DNA of 63,561 nucleotides from Octopus bimaculoides (taxonomy: Eukaryota), in assembly GCF_001194135.2 (NCBI RefSeq), contig NC_069002.1:22670606-22734166 (forward strand). The letters run 5' to 3'. Position numbers and translations under genes: made by a program. Positions 1-15,553 of this stretch are shown here, piece by piece (position 1 is the first letter of the stretch; each line of letters begins with the position of its first letter). The notes under the pieces are model-generated. The model saw nothing but the letters and a program-made list of their open reading frames with translations. It was not told the DNA's origin and ran no database searches.

Positions 1-303
1 AAATGTGATTGTTTCAGTTAGTAGAATAGTTTCATTTTTAAAGTGAAAGTATTTGACATGAGTGTTTTTGTTTCCCTTTTGACACATAATACTTAAATAG
101 TGGAGGAGATATTATGTTGCCGTGGGCTCGAACTCTGCAAGAAGTTAATAATTTTTTTTGACTAAAACACAACTGGAACCCTAAGTAAGGCATGTGTAAA
201 ATTTGAATGAAATTGGTTGCGTAGTTCTCGAGTTTTAGGGATTCACACGCACACACAGACAGACCGACAGACAGACACACATTCTCATTTTTATATATAT
301 AGA
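1..303 (-). mobile_element. Helitron family 1, 5' portion (truncated by window edge)
   Basis: A|TCTATATATATAAAAATGAG 5' end followed by (TGTC)n; differs from 31367-31669 at only about 7 of 303 positions. Confidence 0.75.
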
Positions 304-304
304 T

Positions 305-1355
305 GTGAAGGCGTTTGACTATGTCAAGCATGAAGAGTAGGTGAGAATGTTGGAAGAACTCGAGATTGATGGGAAAGATCTAAGAATGATTCAAAATTTA
401 TATTAGGACCAGAAAGCAGCCATCAGAATGCATGGAGAATTAGGCAAGTGGACTGACATTCAGAAAGGCATCTGGCAGGGTTGTATTTTGTCACCTGATT
501 TATTCAACCTGTATAGTGAGAAAGCACTAAGCAAGATCAAGATAATTGCAGGGCTACAACTGGGGGAAAGGAATTATAAGAATCTGAGGTACGCAGATGA
601 TATGGCTTTTGTTTGCTTCAGGGATTGACTAATATCGTAACTGAGGAGAGTGGAAAGCTTGAATGATTAACTGCCAGAAAACCTTCTCAATAGTCTGTAC
701 CAAGAAGGCACAGGTACCTGTATGTTGCTTGATGGTGAACGGAACTGGGATAGAGCAGAAGGACAGTTTCATATATCTGGGAAATTGGATAACATCAGAT
801 GGAAGGTCAGATAAGGATATCAAGTGCAGAATTGGATTAGCAAAGAAGACTTTTATGGATACAAGGAGCATTTTTTTGTGCAAAGAGAATTGAAATTGAA
901 GTCAGAAAAAGACTATTAAAGTGCTACACCTGGTCGGTGCTAATGTATGGATGTGAGTCTTGGACAATAAGCAAAGTCATGGAGAAGAGACTCAAAGATG
1001 CAGAAATGTGGTTTTATACAAAAATGTTTAGAATCTCAAGGGTACAGAGAGTGACGAATATGGAAGTGTTGAAGAGGATGAAAGTGAAGAGAGAGTTGAT
1101 GGATACTAGCAGAGAGAGAGAGACAGTGGAGATTTGTTGGTCATTTTCTCAGTGAGGATGACAGAATGGAGCGTTACATGGTGGAGACTGAGGTAGGGAG
1201 AGGGAGGAAGAGAATGAAGAGGTTCAAAACTGGATGAAGGAGAGACTGAACGTGCAGAGCGAGAAAGACCTGGGTGATGTTGCGAGAAACAGAAATAAAT
1301 GCAGGAGGAACAAGCCATGATTCGTCAAAGGCATGAATATGCAATGACACAAGAG
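305..1355 (+). mobile_element. RTE-clade LINE fragment (RT domain to 3' end), decayed
   Basis: KAFD, QGCILSPDLFNLYSE, NLRYADD, FIYLG, MLMYGCESWT motifs with stops and frameshifts; ends near (GA)n. Confidence 0.9.
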
Positions 1356-1597
1356 AGAGAGATTGTTATACCTAATTGATGGATTTACAGGGTAAAAGAC
1401 AAAAGTACTTTACAATTCATCAAATGCTGGTCTTTGTTAGACATAAGTTTAGGGGACTAGTAGAAGATGGTTCTATGAAAGAAGTAGTTTTAAGAGGTGG
1501 TCATGGTAGGGTTGACATGTAAGTACAAATGGTCATACTAAAAAGGGGTTTCTCAAAATCCATGCCAACAAGTCTGAAATGCAAGTTGGTTACATAC

Positions 1598-1758
1598 CGA
1601 GATCTTCCTTCCATAGGTTGCCTGTTCATAATCTGTAAAGGACCACGGGCCCGAGAATGAATTTTGTCATCCACCATATGCTTTAAGCGCTGGTAGTAGG
1701 TGGGTCCCAAGAAAATCTGGGCATTCAACTTCCTTCCAGTGTGTCCGTTATACAAAAT
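1598..1758 (-). CDS. POLR2B: RPB2 exon 22 (161 nt, phase 2; gene continues off-window)
   Basis: tgctag|ATTTTG...TCTCG|gtatgt; [53 protein letters not shown]. Confidence 0.97.
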
Positions 1759-2290
1759 CTAGCATTAAAAAAAAAACATTAAAATAGAACAGAATAAACA
1801 ATATAAAAATTGAATATTTCTTCTTTGTAGGAAATTTTGAATTATATTCAATAATACAGAAAATATATTTTGATAAAATAATATTGAATAAATATTTGAG
1901 AGGAAACGTTAATAAAATTATTTCTTTCAACAAGTTCATCTCAAACCCATTAGCATCTAAACTGGCCATATCTAGCCTAAATATTCTCTCTGTTTTACAT
2001 TCAGACCTGCCAGATTTGGCCTCTCACACCTATCCTGCAATATCATACTAATTCCCATCATTGAAATTTTGAAGCTAGGAGATAATTCTTTTTTTACTTC
2101 TTTTATTTGTTTCAGTCATTTGACTGCGATCATGCTGGAGCACCATCTTTAGTTGAACAAATCGACCCCAGAACTTATTCTTTGTAAGCCTAACACTTAT
2201 TCTATCGGTCTCTTTTTTTGAACCGCTAGGTGATGGGGACGTGAACACACTAGCATTGGTTGTCAAGCGATGGTGGGGGGACAAACACAG

Positions 2291-2324
<34 letters not shown>

Positions 2325-3842
2325 GTATAATATAAATAATATATAAACATATGCATATATCCATACATATATGTACATACCTACATCTATATGTATACAT
2401 ACATGCATATATGGGTACAGGACATCAAAAAAGCGTTAAACACAACGAGAAACGAAAACAGAAAATGAACTTTTTTCGAACAACGAAAAAAAAACAAACA
2501 GAGAAACGAGAATGCAACATAAAGAGTATACCCCTTCGTCAGTTGTCCCTGTTCTATCTACTCCGCGTTCCGAAGGCGAGGACAATACGCGACTATATAT
2601 ATACGACAGGCTTCTTTCAGTTTCTGTTTACCAAATCCACTCACAAGGCTTTGGTCAGCTGGNNNNNNNNNNNNNNNNNNNNNNNNNNNNNNNNNNNNNN
2701 NNNNNNNNNNNNNNNNNNNNNNNNNNNNNNNNNNNNNNNNNNNNNNNNNNNNNNNNNNNNNNNNNNNNNNNNNNNNNNNNNNNNNNNNNNNNNNNNNNNN
2801 NNNNNNNNNNNNNNNNNNNNNNNNNNNNNNNNNNNNNNNNNNNNNNNNNNNNNNNNNNNNNNNNNNNNNNNNNNNNNNNNNNNNNNNNNNNNNNNNNNNN
2901 NNNNNNNNNNNNNNNNNNNNNNNNNNNNNNNNNNNNNNNNNNNNNNNNNNNNNNNNNNNNNNNNNNNNNNNNNNNNNNNNNNNNNNNNNNNNNNNNNNNN
3001 NNNNNNNNNNNNNNNNNNNNNNNNNNNNNNNNNNNNNNNNNNNNNNNNNNNNNNNNNNNNNNNNNNNNNNNNNNNNNNNNNNNNNNNNNNNNNNNNNNNN
3101 NNNNNNNNNNNNNNNNNNNNNNNNNNNNNNNNNNNNNNNNNNNNNNNNNNNNNNNNNNNNNNNNNNNNNNNNNNNNNNNNNNNNNNNNNNNNNNNNNNNN
3201 NNNNNNNNNNNNNNNNNNNNNNNNNNNNNNNNNNNNNNNNNNNNNNNNNNNNNNNNNNNNNNNNNNNNNNNNNNNNNNNNNNNNNNNNNNNNNNNNNNNN
3301 NNNNNNNNNNNNNNNNNNNNNNNNNNNNNNNNNNNNNNNNNNNNNNNNNNNNNNNNNNNNNNNNNNNNNNNNNNNNNNNNNNNNNNNNNNNNNNNNNNNN
3401 NNNNNNNNNNNNNNNNNNNNNNNNNNNNTTTCCCTTTAAACTAAAAAGATGTGTCAATTTAATTGGAAACAGCAGGACTACCAAGGGAGAAATAAATATA
3501 AACAACCATCAGTTACAGTTGATTTCAGTAATTTATGAAGACCAGGAATGGCTGTGTGGTTAATAAGTTTGATCCTACTTTGAGGCACTTTGGGTAAGAA
3601 TCTTTTACTAAAGTTTCCACTAGACCAATACCTTTATGAGTGAAATTTGAGGAACGGAAATTGTACTGAAGCCCACTGTGTGTGTGTGTGTGTGTGTGCT
3701 TTTGTATCTGCATATCTTCACATTTACATTGTTTGGGCAGAGGTGATGTTTATGCCATGCATACACAAGAAGTCCAGCAGTTTGGTAACTTAAGAACATG
3801 TGAAAACAGGAATAAAGGTACTCTATCTGAAAATTTACTGAC

Positions 3843-4064
3843 CTCGTTGCCTCTCAGATGGTAACCATACTGTTGGAGCAGGTTGGACACTTTCTGTACA
3901 TTGACAGCATCATTGAATGGGGAAGCATCACCAATCTCTCCTTTGTTGGCAGCTACTTTACCTTGAAGACACTCGATTAAATGGCCAATTGTCATACGAG
4001 ATGGAATGGCGTGAGGGTTAACAATCAAATCAGGTGATATCCCTTCACAGGTAAATGGCATGTC
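3843..4064 (-). CDS. POLR2B: RPB2 exon 21 (222 nt)
   Basis: ttgtag|GACATG...AACGAG|gtcagt; [36 protein letters not shown]...YGYHLRGNE. Confidence 0.97.
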
Positions 4065-4277
4065 CTACAAAATTACAAAAGGTGAAAAATTTAAATATTT
4101 CTATTCTTGTTTTCTTCACTGAACATATAGTCAAAGATATCCCCACCCAGAAAAAAATAGGGGTGAATGCAAAATCTTTGACCTCATTCATGCCCGATCA
4201 ATTTACAGCTGTCCTGTGGCTAAAAACAAAAAATAAAATAGAGCAAAAGAACATTGAAACGCAGAAAAATCTCTCAC

Positions 4278-4415
4278 CTCCTGTCTGTAAGTGATACCAC
4301 AAGTACCTTTCTGTCCGTGACGACTGGCAAATTTATCACCAATCTGTGGGGTTTTCACAGTCCGTACTCGGATCTTACAAAACTTGAAACCTTCCTGGTT
4401 GATTGTCACCATGAC
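4278..4415 (-). CDS. POLR2B: RPB2 exon 20 (138 nt)
   Basis: gattag|GTCATG...CAGGAG|gtgaga; [46 protein letters not shown]. Confidence 0.97.
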
Positions 4416-6447
4416 CTAATCAAAGACAACATTAACTGATTAAATTAATTAATTAAGCTACAATTTCACGACAATAACAAAGATTTCTGTTAACATATAT
4501 AGTTTAACAGAAATACACGTTAGCCACAGAATATTTTAAACCATGTTCATTTAATTACTATTATTAATATAATTAACTGACTCCATGCCGTCAAAAATGC
4601 AGGCTAATTGTAGTATTTTACATATAAAATGGATATAAAAAGGTAACAAAAGATCAAACAGTGCTTCACCTGTGTGTGTGTGCATATGTGTACATTTATA
4701 TGTATGAGCTGCACAGTCTGTAGTGAACGTGGTCTTCTATACTTTGTCACAACCCGCCTCCTTCCTTTTTAAGTGTGTTNNNNNNNNNNNNNNNNNNNNN
4801 NNNNNNNNNNNNNNNNNNNNNATTCCTCTCTTTTACATGCACACACACATACTCACACGGTGTTGAAGCACTTGATTTTTGTTTCACCATCCCACTTCCA
4901 TCAGTTGATTACCCCTTCCTTTCTCATTCATATGTTGTGCCAGAGAAATACACAAGAGTATTATTATAGCAGAAGATACACGACACTCTCTTTGCCACTT
5001 CCTCTCTTTCATTGCTATTACTTTCTCTCACTCCCTCTCAGTCATGGCTATTACTCTCACTACTTCTCCTTCACTGAATTACTATTTTCTCTCTTCTCTC
5101 CCTTCACCATTTACTCCAAATGCGTGATTTCAGACAAATATATAAAAACACTATGCTCATTATTATATTAGGAGAGGGTTTCAAATTTTTCCACAAGGGT
5201 AGCCATTTTGGGGGAGGGGTTGTGTCGACTACATGGACCCTGGAATTATTAATGAATCTGCCAGCTCACCACCTTATTAATTATAATTGATAAAGGTGGT
5301 GAGCTGGCAGATTCATTAGCAATGCTGGACGAAATGCTTAGCAGTATTTCACTCATCGCTACTTTCTGAGTTCAAATTCTGCCAAGGTCAACTTTGCCTT
5401 TCATCCTTTCGGGGGTCAATAAAATAAGTACCAGTTGTACACTGGGTCGATGTAATTGAGTAATCCCCTCTCCCCAAATTGCTGCTCTCGTGGCAAAATT
5501 TGATTATTATTAAAATGGCAAGCTGGTAGGACAAAATGCTTCACAGCATTTCGCCTGGCTTTACGTTCAGAGTTCAACCTTGCCTTTTAATCTTTTGGGG
5601 TTTATAAAATAAGTACAAGTTGAGTACTGGGGTTGCTATTGAGACTTTATATGTTCGGTCAATAGGTTGAACGTGTTGCCATAACAACTCTTAGAAGGCT
5701 CAACCTAACATGGAACTTCGATGTGATCACCTGACCTGCAAGAAAGAGCAGTGATCTGTTGAGGTCAGTACAAAGATTTATCTCTCAAACAGTTAATAGC
5801 AACAGAAATGATGCGGTAAACACCAATTCCATGGGTTGCAGGGGGTTTATTGAGGCATATTTTCTACAGCTGATGCCTTTCCTGTTGCCAATGAAGGTAA
5901 AATTTCCCCATGGTATGGCATATTTTTGCAGAATGTTGGAAATATTTGCAACATTACATGATGTCAAGACAGAGAAACACAAACTCAAGTAGACAATGGG
6001 CTTCTTTTAGTTTCCATCTAGTAAATCCATTCACAAGGCTTTGGTTGGCCCAGGGCTTATAGTAGAAGACACTCGCCCAATGTGCCATGCCATGGGACTG
6101 AACCCAAAACCACAGGGTTGGGAAGCAAACTTCTCAACCACACTGCTATGCCTGTGCCTTTTGTGCTTCTACACTGACATAAATGTTTGAACATGAAACC
6201 CCACCCACCTACAGGCAATTTGCAGTGTGTGACAGTGTAGCGAGCAGCAAGCAAGTTGTAAACAGCGGTAATATGATGTAAGGGTCATGTTGCGCGAACA
6301 AGTATAATTGTTAGTTTCCCGTTGGTTAAAATTATTGTCCATATTTTAATTCTAAACTTTCGTCAAAGAGAATTCTTTCACGAAATACAGTTCTTAGAAT
6401 TCAGGTATGAGCAGTTATATAAACCCTGATTTTTGGGAAATTAATCA

Positions 6448-6570
6448 GTGATTGTAGGATGTTACTAAACTCCATGACACTCACAATAGTGATCGTTGGT
6501 TGTTACTAAACTCCACGACACTCACATTAGTGATTTTTGGTTATCACTAGATTTCACGAAACTTATATGA
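6448..6570. repeat. Degenerate 41-bp tandem repeat, 3 copies
   Basis: gttactaaactcca(t/c)gacactcac at 6461 and 6502; third decayed copy at ~6543. Confidence 0.75.
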
Positions 6571-7020
6571 GTGTTTGTGGGTCGTAACTCTTTCTGACAA
6601 AATGCCTTACTTCTAAATGTATTGTAAATACTAAATGTACATAAATTAACCAATGTAGTAAATATTTTCTTTTTCTTCATTTCTTTCCAACCTGTTAATG
6701 AAATTTATTTCTGCAATTATGAAACTGCTTTTTACAGCAGTGAAATAGAACACTAACTTATCTTCAGCATACATGCACATTCAACATGTCTGTTAAGCAT
6801 CTTGATATATATATATATATATTTCACTATGGCATTTCTGTAGCTTGAGCTGAGATTTATGTATAGTGATACTACTTATAATTAAGTTATAAGTAATAGG
6901 TTTATCAAGGAATAAAATATATTTATTATCAATCACAGTAAAAACCATATAAGATAATACACCACATTAAAAGTGGTACCAAATCAGCCATTATAACAGA
7001 AAGAAAAGCAAGGACCCTAC

Positions 7021-7101
7021 CTGGTCAATAATACCAGTTTCACTTCTTCTCATGAACACACTGGCATCTCTTTTGGCAAATCTTCGAACAGTACTATCAA
7101 G
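7021..7101 (-). CDS. POLR2B: RPB2 exon 19 (81 nt)
   Basis: ttacag|CTTGAT...GACCAG|gtaggg; [27 protein letters not shown]. Confidence 0.94.
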
Positions 7102-7774
7102 CTGTAACAGAGAGTAGAAACAAAACGTTACACATTTGGAGTAAAAAAAAACAAACAAAAGTTACACATTTACTCTCACATTTTTTACTATGTCCATTTT
7201 CCCTCTAAACTTGCACAGGTTCAGTGAGACGCCTTGTGGCAGTTTTATTCTGCAGCTAGAGAACTGCTATGAAGGTCCACCCAAGTGAAATAGAAATCAA
7301 AGGGATCCACAGGTTAAAAAAATGGTTGAGAATCACTGGCCTAAGCAGTTGTGGAACTATTATGACCATAAGTGAGCAAGAACTTTTGTAAATTGCTAGA
7401 TTTCATTGGTGCTTAAACTAATAAAGAAGAGGAAAAGGAGGAGGAAGAATTTTAGCAGTTTTATATCCTTGGAGATAAAAGGGTAAAGAGGCTGATCCAG
7501 TTTATGATTAAAGTGATCTGAAGGAGGTGAATTGGGAATCAAAAGATTTCCAGTGGAAAGCAGTTTGTGATTATTAGAAAACTTGTGTTGCAGAGAGAAA
7601 TATTAGGATGAAAGAAAGAGAATGAAGAAGCAAGTTTCAAAGAAAAAGATGAGATAATGGTATGGTAGAGATGAGAAATGACAGATATCAGTGGGCCAGC
7701 AGTGTAGGGTTGTGGTTTTGTGGAGAATGGGTGTTGGGGTGGTGGTGAAGGGAGATGTGGTGTCATATGCTTAC

Positions 7775-7896
7775 CTCGTTTTCATTCTGTGGAAGTGTCA
7801 GTGTTTTGCCAATCAGTACATCATCTCCAGAGACTCTTGTACCAGGAGCTATGATGCCGTCATCATCTAATTTGTCATATATAGCATGACGCATTC
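7775..7896 (-). CDS. POLR2B: RPB2 exon 18 (122 nt)
   Basis: tttcag|GAATGC...AACGAG|gtaagc; [40 protein letters not shown]. Confidence 0.96.
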
Positions 7897-8931
7897 CTGA
7901 AATTGAAACAGTGAATCAGATTGCGGTGAGGGTAGAATTTTTACTTGAATTAATAACAATAATCCTTTCTACTATTGGTACAAAGCCTGAAATTCTAGGG
8001 GGAGGGTGCAAGTTGATGACATTGACCCTAAAAAGATGAATAATAACAATAATAATAATAATAATGGTTTCAAAATTTTGGCGGAAATCCAGCAATTTTG
8101 CGAGAAGGGGTAAGTTGATTACATTGACCTCAGGGCTCAATCGGTACTTATTTTATTGACCACGAAAGGATGAAAAGCAAAGTTGATCTCAATTGAATTT
8201 GAACTCGGAATGTAAAGATGAACGAAATGCTGTGAAGCATTTTGCCTGACAATGCTAATGATTCAGCCAGCTCACTGCTATAATAATGATAGCAAATATT
8301 CTGCCCAGCACCACAGATTTACTTGTCAGTTGTTTGACCTTAACCAGTTGAGCATGTCCCTTAGTGGCTGACGATATGTAGAAGTAGTGGGGGAGCATCA
8401 AAGTCTTGTGCTGTGAGGAATTCTTTGGAATTTGGATAATTCATCTCTGGAAACATGGGTGTTTTGTTCATCATCCTTAAACAAACCTGATTCAGGGACC
8501 TTTTGAGCGGGATGGGCTACTCAACCTGTAGAAAATTCTAACTTGGCCCCACCTGCAAGGTCATGCATGGTTTATCTTGATATGAGATCACTATGTCGTG
8601 AACACATGGTTGTGATGCATGTGCCTGGTGTACCCTTATCAGACGAATAGTCATGATGGGTATACTGGGCTTTGTATATTTTACCCCGGTGTCACTTTGG
8701 TGGCATGCACTGCTCTCTCACTCAGTAATAAACCAAAATTTCAAAGGCCTGCAATAGCTACAATAAAGTGTTAATATGAAAAATAAGGAAAAGAAGAATT
8801 ATCCCCACCCCCATTCTTCCAACAACCAATTACCCAACTTTTATAAATGATCTACATCAGCTGTATATATATATATATATATATATATGGAGAGAGAGAG
8901 AGAGAGANNNNNNNNNNAGAGATAGATAGAT

Positions 8932-8964
<33 letters not shown>

Positions 8965-9187
8965 TTGCTACCTAAATCAGGTATTTCAATTATTGCAGAC
9001 AAAGAAATCATAAATGATATGAAAGAGAACCAAAAGTAATGATCTATTGGGGATTGAACTCACGGCTCCCAGAACAACTTAGCATTGGTAAATTGGTTGA
9101 TTGGTCTTTCATACAAGCGCATAGTAATTTTCTAGTTAAAGTACCTAAGATATACACCGAAGAGACTGTAAATGTAAGATGTTTCAC

Positions 9188-9282
9188 CTTGAACAGATTC
9201 TCGAGTTGGTTTCTCAAATATTTCTTCTTGGTCCATTCCTTTCTTTGATTCTTGATCTTTGTAAGAGCGGAAGAAAAATGAC
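9188..9282 (-). CDS. POLR2B: RPB2 exon 17 (95 nt)
   Basis: ccacag|GTCATT...GTTCAAG|gtgaaa; [31 protein letters not shown]. Confidence 0.94.
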
Positions 9283-10895
9283 CTGTGGGACGAAATGAAA
9301 TTGTCAGAGGAGCAAAACGCATTTAGTCCTGAAATGTGCAATTACTCACAGACTCGATAAAGAATGAATTCACTGTGGGAATGGTTGAGTATTGGTTGTT
9401 GCAGGACCTGTTGTTGAGGTCCAGGTCAGCCTTTATCTAGCAAAGTGGTTCTCAAGTGGGGTCCATGCAACAAAATAGTGAACTGGGGATCCACAATAGT
9501 ATTTTAAGGGTCCATGAAAAAAATTTTTATTGCAAGGAATAGCTAGGTTTCTTTCTCTCACATTTTACAGAGTTCAACCTACACAAATTAATGTGTGAAA
9601 AACAAAATAGGGATTTTGAAAGAAGTTTCTATAAAACTAGTTCTTAAACACTGAATGGCTGTGGCAGGTTCCACCAGAATAAAATAGTAATAAAAGAGGT
9701 CTAGAGATAAAATATGGTAGAAAGGATTTTGTCTGGCACAGGACACCAATGACTACATCATCCAATGTATGTGTCCTTTTATAAAATGCTAATGTTTGAG
9801 TTAAGGGAGATTTAGCTGCTATTTTCAGAAGGTTGAGCAACTATGAAACAGGTCCTTTATTGGCTTGAACAAACAGTATAAGATGAAGAAAGATTAAAAA
9901 TGATTCTATCTCAAAAAGATGGAACTCAAAGATCACAGAGAAAACAGGTGATTTTTCCCATTCAATACACACATTCAGACTGTTAACATGGCAAAATGAT
10001 TGTTAAAACAATGATGTTGAGGGTAAATCAAAAATTTCAGGGTTTTGTAAGGACCAGTGCTAAACTCTGGTGCCTGAAGCAGCAAAATGGGACGAGGCAA
10101 AATACTTCTACTCCAAGATAGGATGTTAGTCTCACAAAGGTAAATTTCCTACAAGTTCTTGTATCTATCCTATTCTTTATAAAATATGCTGACTCCTGGA
10201 TGAGAGTCCTTCTACTTAAAAGAGCCATCAGACTTGCTATGGATACACATGGCATTTTGAACCTACCTGGAATGTAGACTAAGGGTTAGGGGTGTTAGGC
10301 ATATCATCATAAGGTCATTGTGGTTTCAGTTCTTAGACCATTGTGATCTTGAGCAAGGTACTTCATCTCCTGTTACTCCAGTCTATTCAGCTGAAAGTGA
10401 ATACCAGTTTAGTGTTGGTGCAGCCTTCTTCTTCTCCAGCTGTCATCTCCCTGATGCACAACTAGGCTAATGTGTGTGTGTGTGCTTGCAACTACATAGG
10501 TATTTAAAACAATAAGCAGAAGTATGGTACATGCTACCGAGTCATATTTCGCTTATGAATGACAGTTATATTTTCCAGCTATTTTTACAAACACATCATT
10601 TTGAGCCAACGAAAGGCCCTATATGTGGTTACACAACCAGCTAGAAATAACAGCCAAATCTTCACACTCAACCAACTTATTTACAAGGGAAGTATAATGC
10701 ATCCAATAATGAAGTCTTAGATATAGTATGTTTGAAGAAAAGATGGGACAGTCATATCTGGAAGGCCTCAAGTCAGAGGTCTGGATGACAATAACAACAC
10801 ATGACATTTAGAACAAAGACACTTTCAAGAAAGGGATTGCAAGGTCAAGGGGAGAATGTCTTGACCAGATCAGTAACAAAAGAAAAATACTGCAC

Positions 10896-10992
10896 CTGAA
10901 GTAACCACGGTCAACAGCCGATGCATTCAAAATAATGGAATCTTCCTGATTGTAGCCAGTATAAGATGCAATGGCTACTATGGAATTAATAC
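10896..10992 (-). CDS. POLR2B: RPB2 exon 16 (97 nt)
   Basis: ttgcag|GTATTA...TTCAG|gtgcag; [31 protein letters not shown]. Confidence 0.95.
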
Positions 10993-12512
10993 CTGCAAAC
11001 AGAGAGACACACAAGTAGTTTGTATTTAAACTGTGTTGGGTGGAAAGTAAAAGTGCTGGTCATGGATTTGGATGTAAATCCCAGAAAATGTTTTCTGAAA
11101 CAACATATCAGACCTCACAGTTCTATGAGAGGTGAAACTGATGTTCAGTGCTTTACCAATTCTAGCACTCACAGGTCTTTTCAAACTTAACCCGTTAGCA
11201 TTGAAACTGGCAATACTTAACTCAAAAGACTCTGCCTGCTTTGTGCTAAAATTAACCACATCTGGCCTCTCACACCTACCGTACAATGCCATTCTAAAAA
11301 TAAACAGCCACATCATCAAAATCTTGGGGCTACGATATAATCCTAAATTAATTCAAAACAACGTGAATAAATAAAGTATTACATTTTAACAGAATAAACT
11401 GAATGTTAAAGAGTGAAATAATGATTTCTAGGAGAGGTACAAGGCAACAGATTAGAGGGGAGGGTGAGGAAAGATATAACTGAATATATCAACTCCAGTA
11501 TTTGGCCAATATTAATTTCAGCAACAAATTAAATTATTGCTTCAAGCTTAGGCCCAAGGCCATCAATTCTGAGGGGGAGGGGCTAAGTCAGTACTGTCAG
11601 TCCGGCATTTGAGTGGTGCTTTATTTCATCGACCCTGGAGGGAAGAAAGACAAAGCTGACCTCAGTGATATTTGAAATTGGAATACAAAGAGCCAGGAGA
11701 TATATTGCAAGGCATTTTCTCCAATGTGCTAACGATGCTGCTAATTCATCACCTTTCAACACTTGGAATAAGCTATGTGAAAGTCTGAAAGCACCATCCG
11801 AACGTGGCCAATGCCCTGACTGGTTCCCATGCCAGCCGCACATAAAAGCACCATCTGAACGTGGTTGATGCCAGTGACCTTTGACTGGCTCCCGTGCTGG
11901 TGGCATGTAAAAAGCACCCACTATACACTTGGAGTGGTTGGCGTTAGGAAGGATATCCAGCTGTAGAAACCTTGCCAATCCTCAGTCAAACTGTCCAATC
12001 CATGCCAGCATGGAAAGTGGATGTTAAACGATGATGATGATGATAACAACAACAAAGGGAGCAAGCTGGCAGAATCATTAGCAAGCAGGTTAAAATGCTT
12101 AGCAACATTTTGTTTGTCTCTACATTCTGTGTTCAAATTTTGCTGAGGTCAACTTTATCTTTCATCTTTTCAGGGTCCATAATATAAGTACCAGTTGAAC
12201 AATGCGGATGGGGGTGTCAATGTAATCGTCATGCCCTCTCCCCTGAAATTGTTGGCCTTGTGCCTAAATGCGAAACCATTATCATAAGAACAATAATCCT
12301 TTCTATTATAGGTACAAGGTCTGAAATTTCGTGGGAAGGGGTTAGTTGATTATATCAGCCCCAGTGCTCAACTGGTACTTATTTCAATGACCCTGAAAGG
12401 ATAAAAAGCAAAGTTGACTTCGGCAGAAATTGAACTCACAACATGAAAACAAATGAAATGCTGCCGAGCATTTTGTCAGGCATGCTAACGATTCTGCCAG
12501 CTTGCCACCCTA

Positions 12513-13378
<866 letters not shown>

Positions 13379-13384
13379 TATATA

Positions 13385-13464
<80 letters not shown>

Positions 13465-14346
13465 TACACAAAGACAAAAACTATGATATAGATATTGGTA
13501 AAGTAAACTTCCATGTGAGAGAGAGAGAAGACTAACATTGGTGGTCCCAATGATTCTGAAGAAGACAATGATTGAGCACGTTAACTAATGGAGGGACATC
13601 ATCCTGGAACAAACCTAGCCAACCCACATCACTATGGAACTAAGAAAAAAAAAAAGCCAGGTGTGAAATATGAAACAGGGGTGTGGTGTTAAGGTGCAGG
13701 TTTATTGAAATACGATTAGGAGTTTAAGGCTTAGTAAAAGAGCTGTCAGTCTGGTACAAGCCTTCAACAAAAGACTTAACTATTTGCTCAACTTTACCTG
13801 ATTCATGAAAACAGGTTCCATTCTTACGACTATAATGGAATGGATAGTGGTAGGAAAGGGATCCAGTTGTGACCACCCTGTTTATATATATAAACAGTAT
13901 CACCTATAGAATAAGTGTTACTCTTTGTTCTAGCCATGGACATTTTCCAATAAGCTCTTCCTATTTTTAAGACAGTATGATGTAACTTCAGCATATCTGG
14001 TTGCTATTTCTAGCATGCTGAGCAACAGCATTGAGTAATAAAGGTAAAACAGCAGAGAACAAAACAAAAGGAAAAATATAAATGGCTGAGCATTAATGAT
14101 AGGTTCATAAAAAAAAAAAATAAAAAATAAAACCGACATCGTGTCTGCTGTTCTCCACCCTCCTGATTATAATATGTTCCTACCATCATACTTTTAACTC
14201 CTCTTTACACCTCAGACTAAGTTCAGCTTATGCCACCACTGTCTCAATCATAAAGATTCTTTAGTCTTGTGAGTGACAAGACAATCCCACTAGTGCTGGC
14301 GCCACAGTAAAAAGATTCCAAGAGCTGGAAGCTAATGGAATATTTA

Positions 14347-14694
<348 letters not shown>

Positions 14695-15553
14695 TTATTA
14701 ACGACATGTAATTAGTCAGGTATGAACTCAATTAGCAACAATTACATATAGAGGAACAGAAGGATAGGCAAACATCAGTTTTAGAACATGATAACTGAAC
14801 AATAATAATTACTACGTGAAGAAAGTTGTTAGTTTTAAGAACAAGAATCTAATTTATTAATATTTGTTTTTCTTTTTGTTAGTTCGTAACAACAATATCA
14901 ATGTTATTGCAATTTTAATTAAATTACTTAATCAATGATAAGCAGTTCATCTACTCTGTAATTCACAGCCTCACAACATCCACTAAAATCAAATCAAATC
15001 AAGCGATGCAAGAAAGCTTTTATGTATTTACTTGACATGCTAAATACAACAGCTGAACTAATTTTAACAAACTTCCCAATAGTATTTCACTGTTTTCATA
15101 CCAACCCATATGAAACCCATCCACGATAAATTTCACCCTTTTAATATTGACCCCCTTACAATGTCATCTACGATAAAGTTTCCATTTAATAGCAACCCCT
15201 TACAATACTACCCAAAATAAAGTCTTTACATTTAAATTAAAATGCCGATCAAAATCTCATTTTAAGACATCAGTAACATATCAAGTCAGATACTTTACTA
15301 ATTCCATCCTCCAAAATCTGAATTATCATAAAAATTCATTGAATTATTATTAAGTCTAATTATTACGAAATCTAATCTCAAAAGAGTTAAAATGAAGAGA
15401 AAATAAATTAGTGCTAAATTTCAGGATAGCAAATCTCACAATAAAGAAAAGACACATGCAACTGAGAACACCATATGGATGGGTCCATCTACTCCACAAC
15501 AAGTTACATGTATATCAAACGATACACCTCTACTGAGTGATAAATCTACTCAC

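Noticed and set aside
2525-2590. CTGACGA and GGAACGCG segments on the minus strand resembling a permuted hammerhead
   Set aside because: The complementary CCTTC/GAAGG pairing would consume G8/A9, and no stem I follows a cleavage site; cannot be folded into a valid core.
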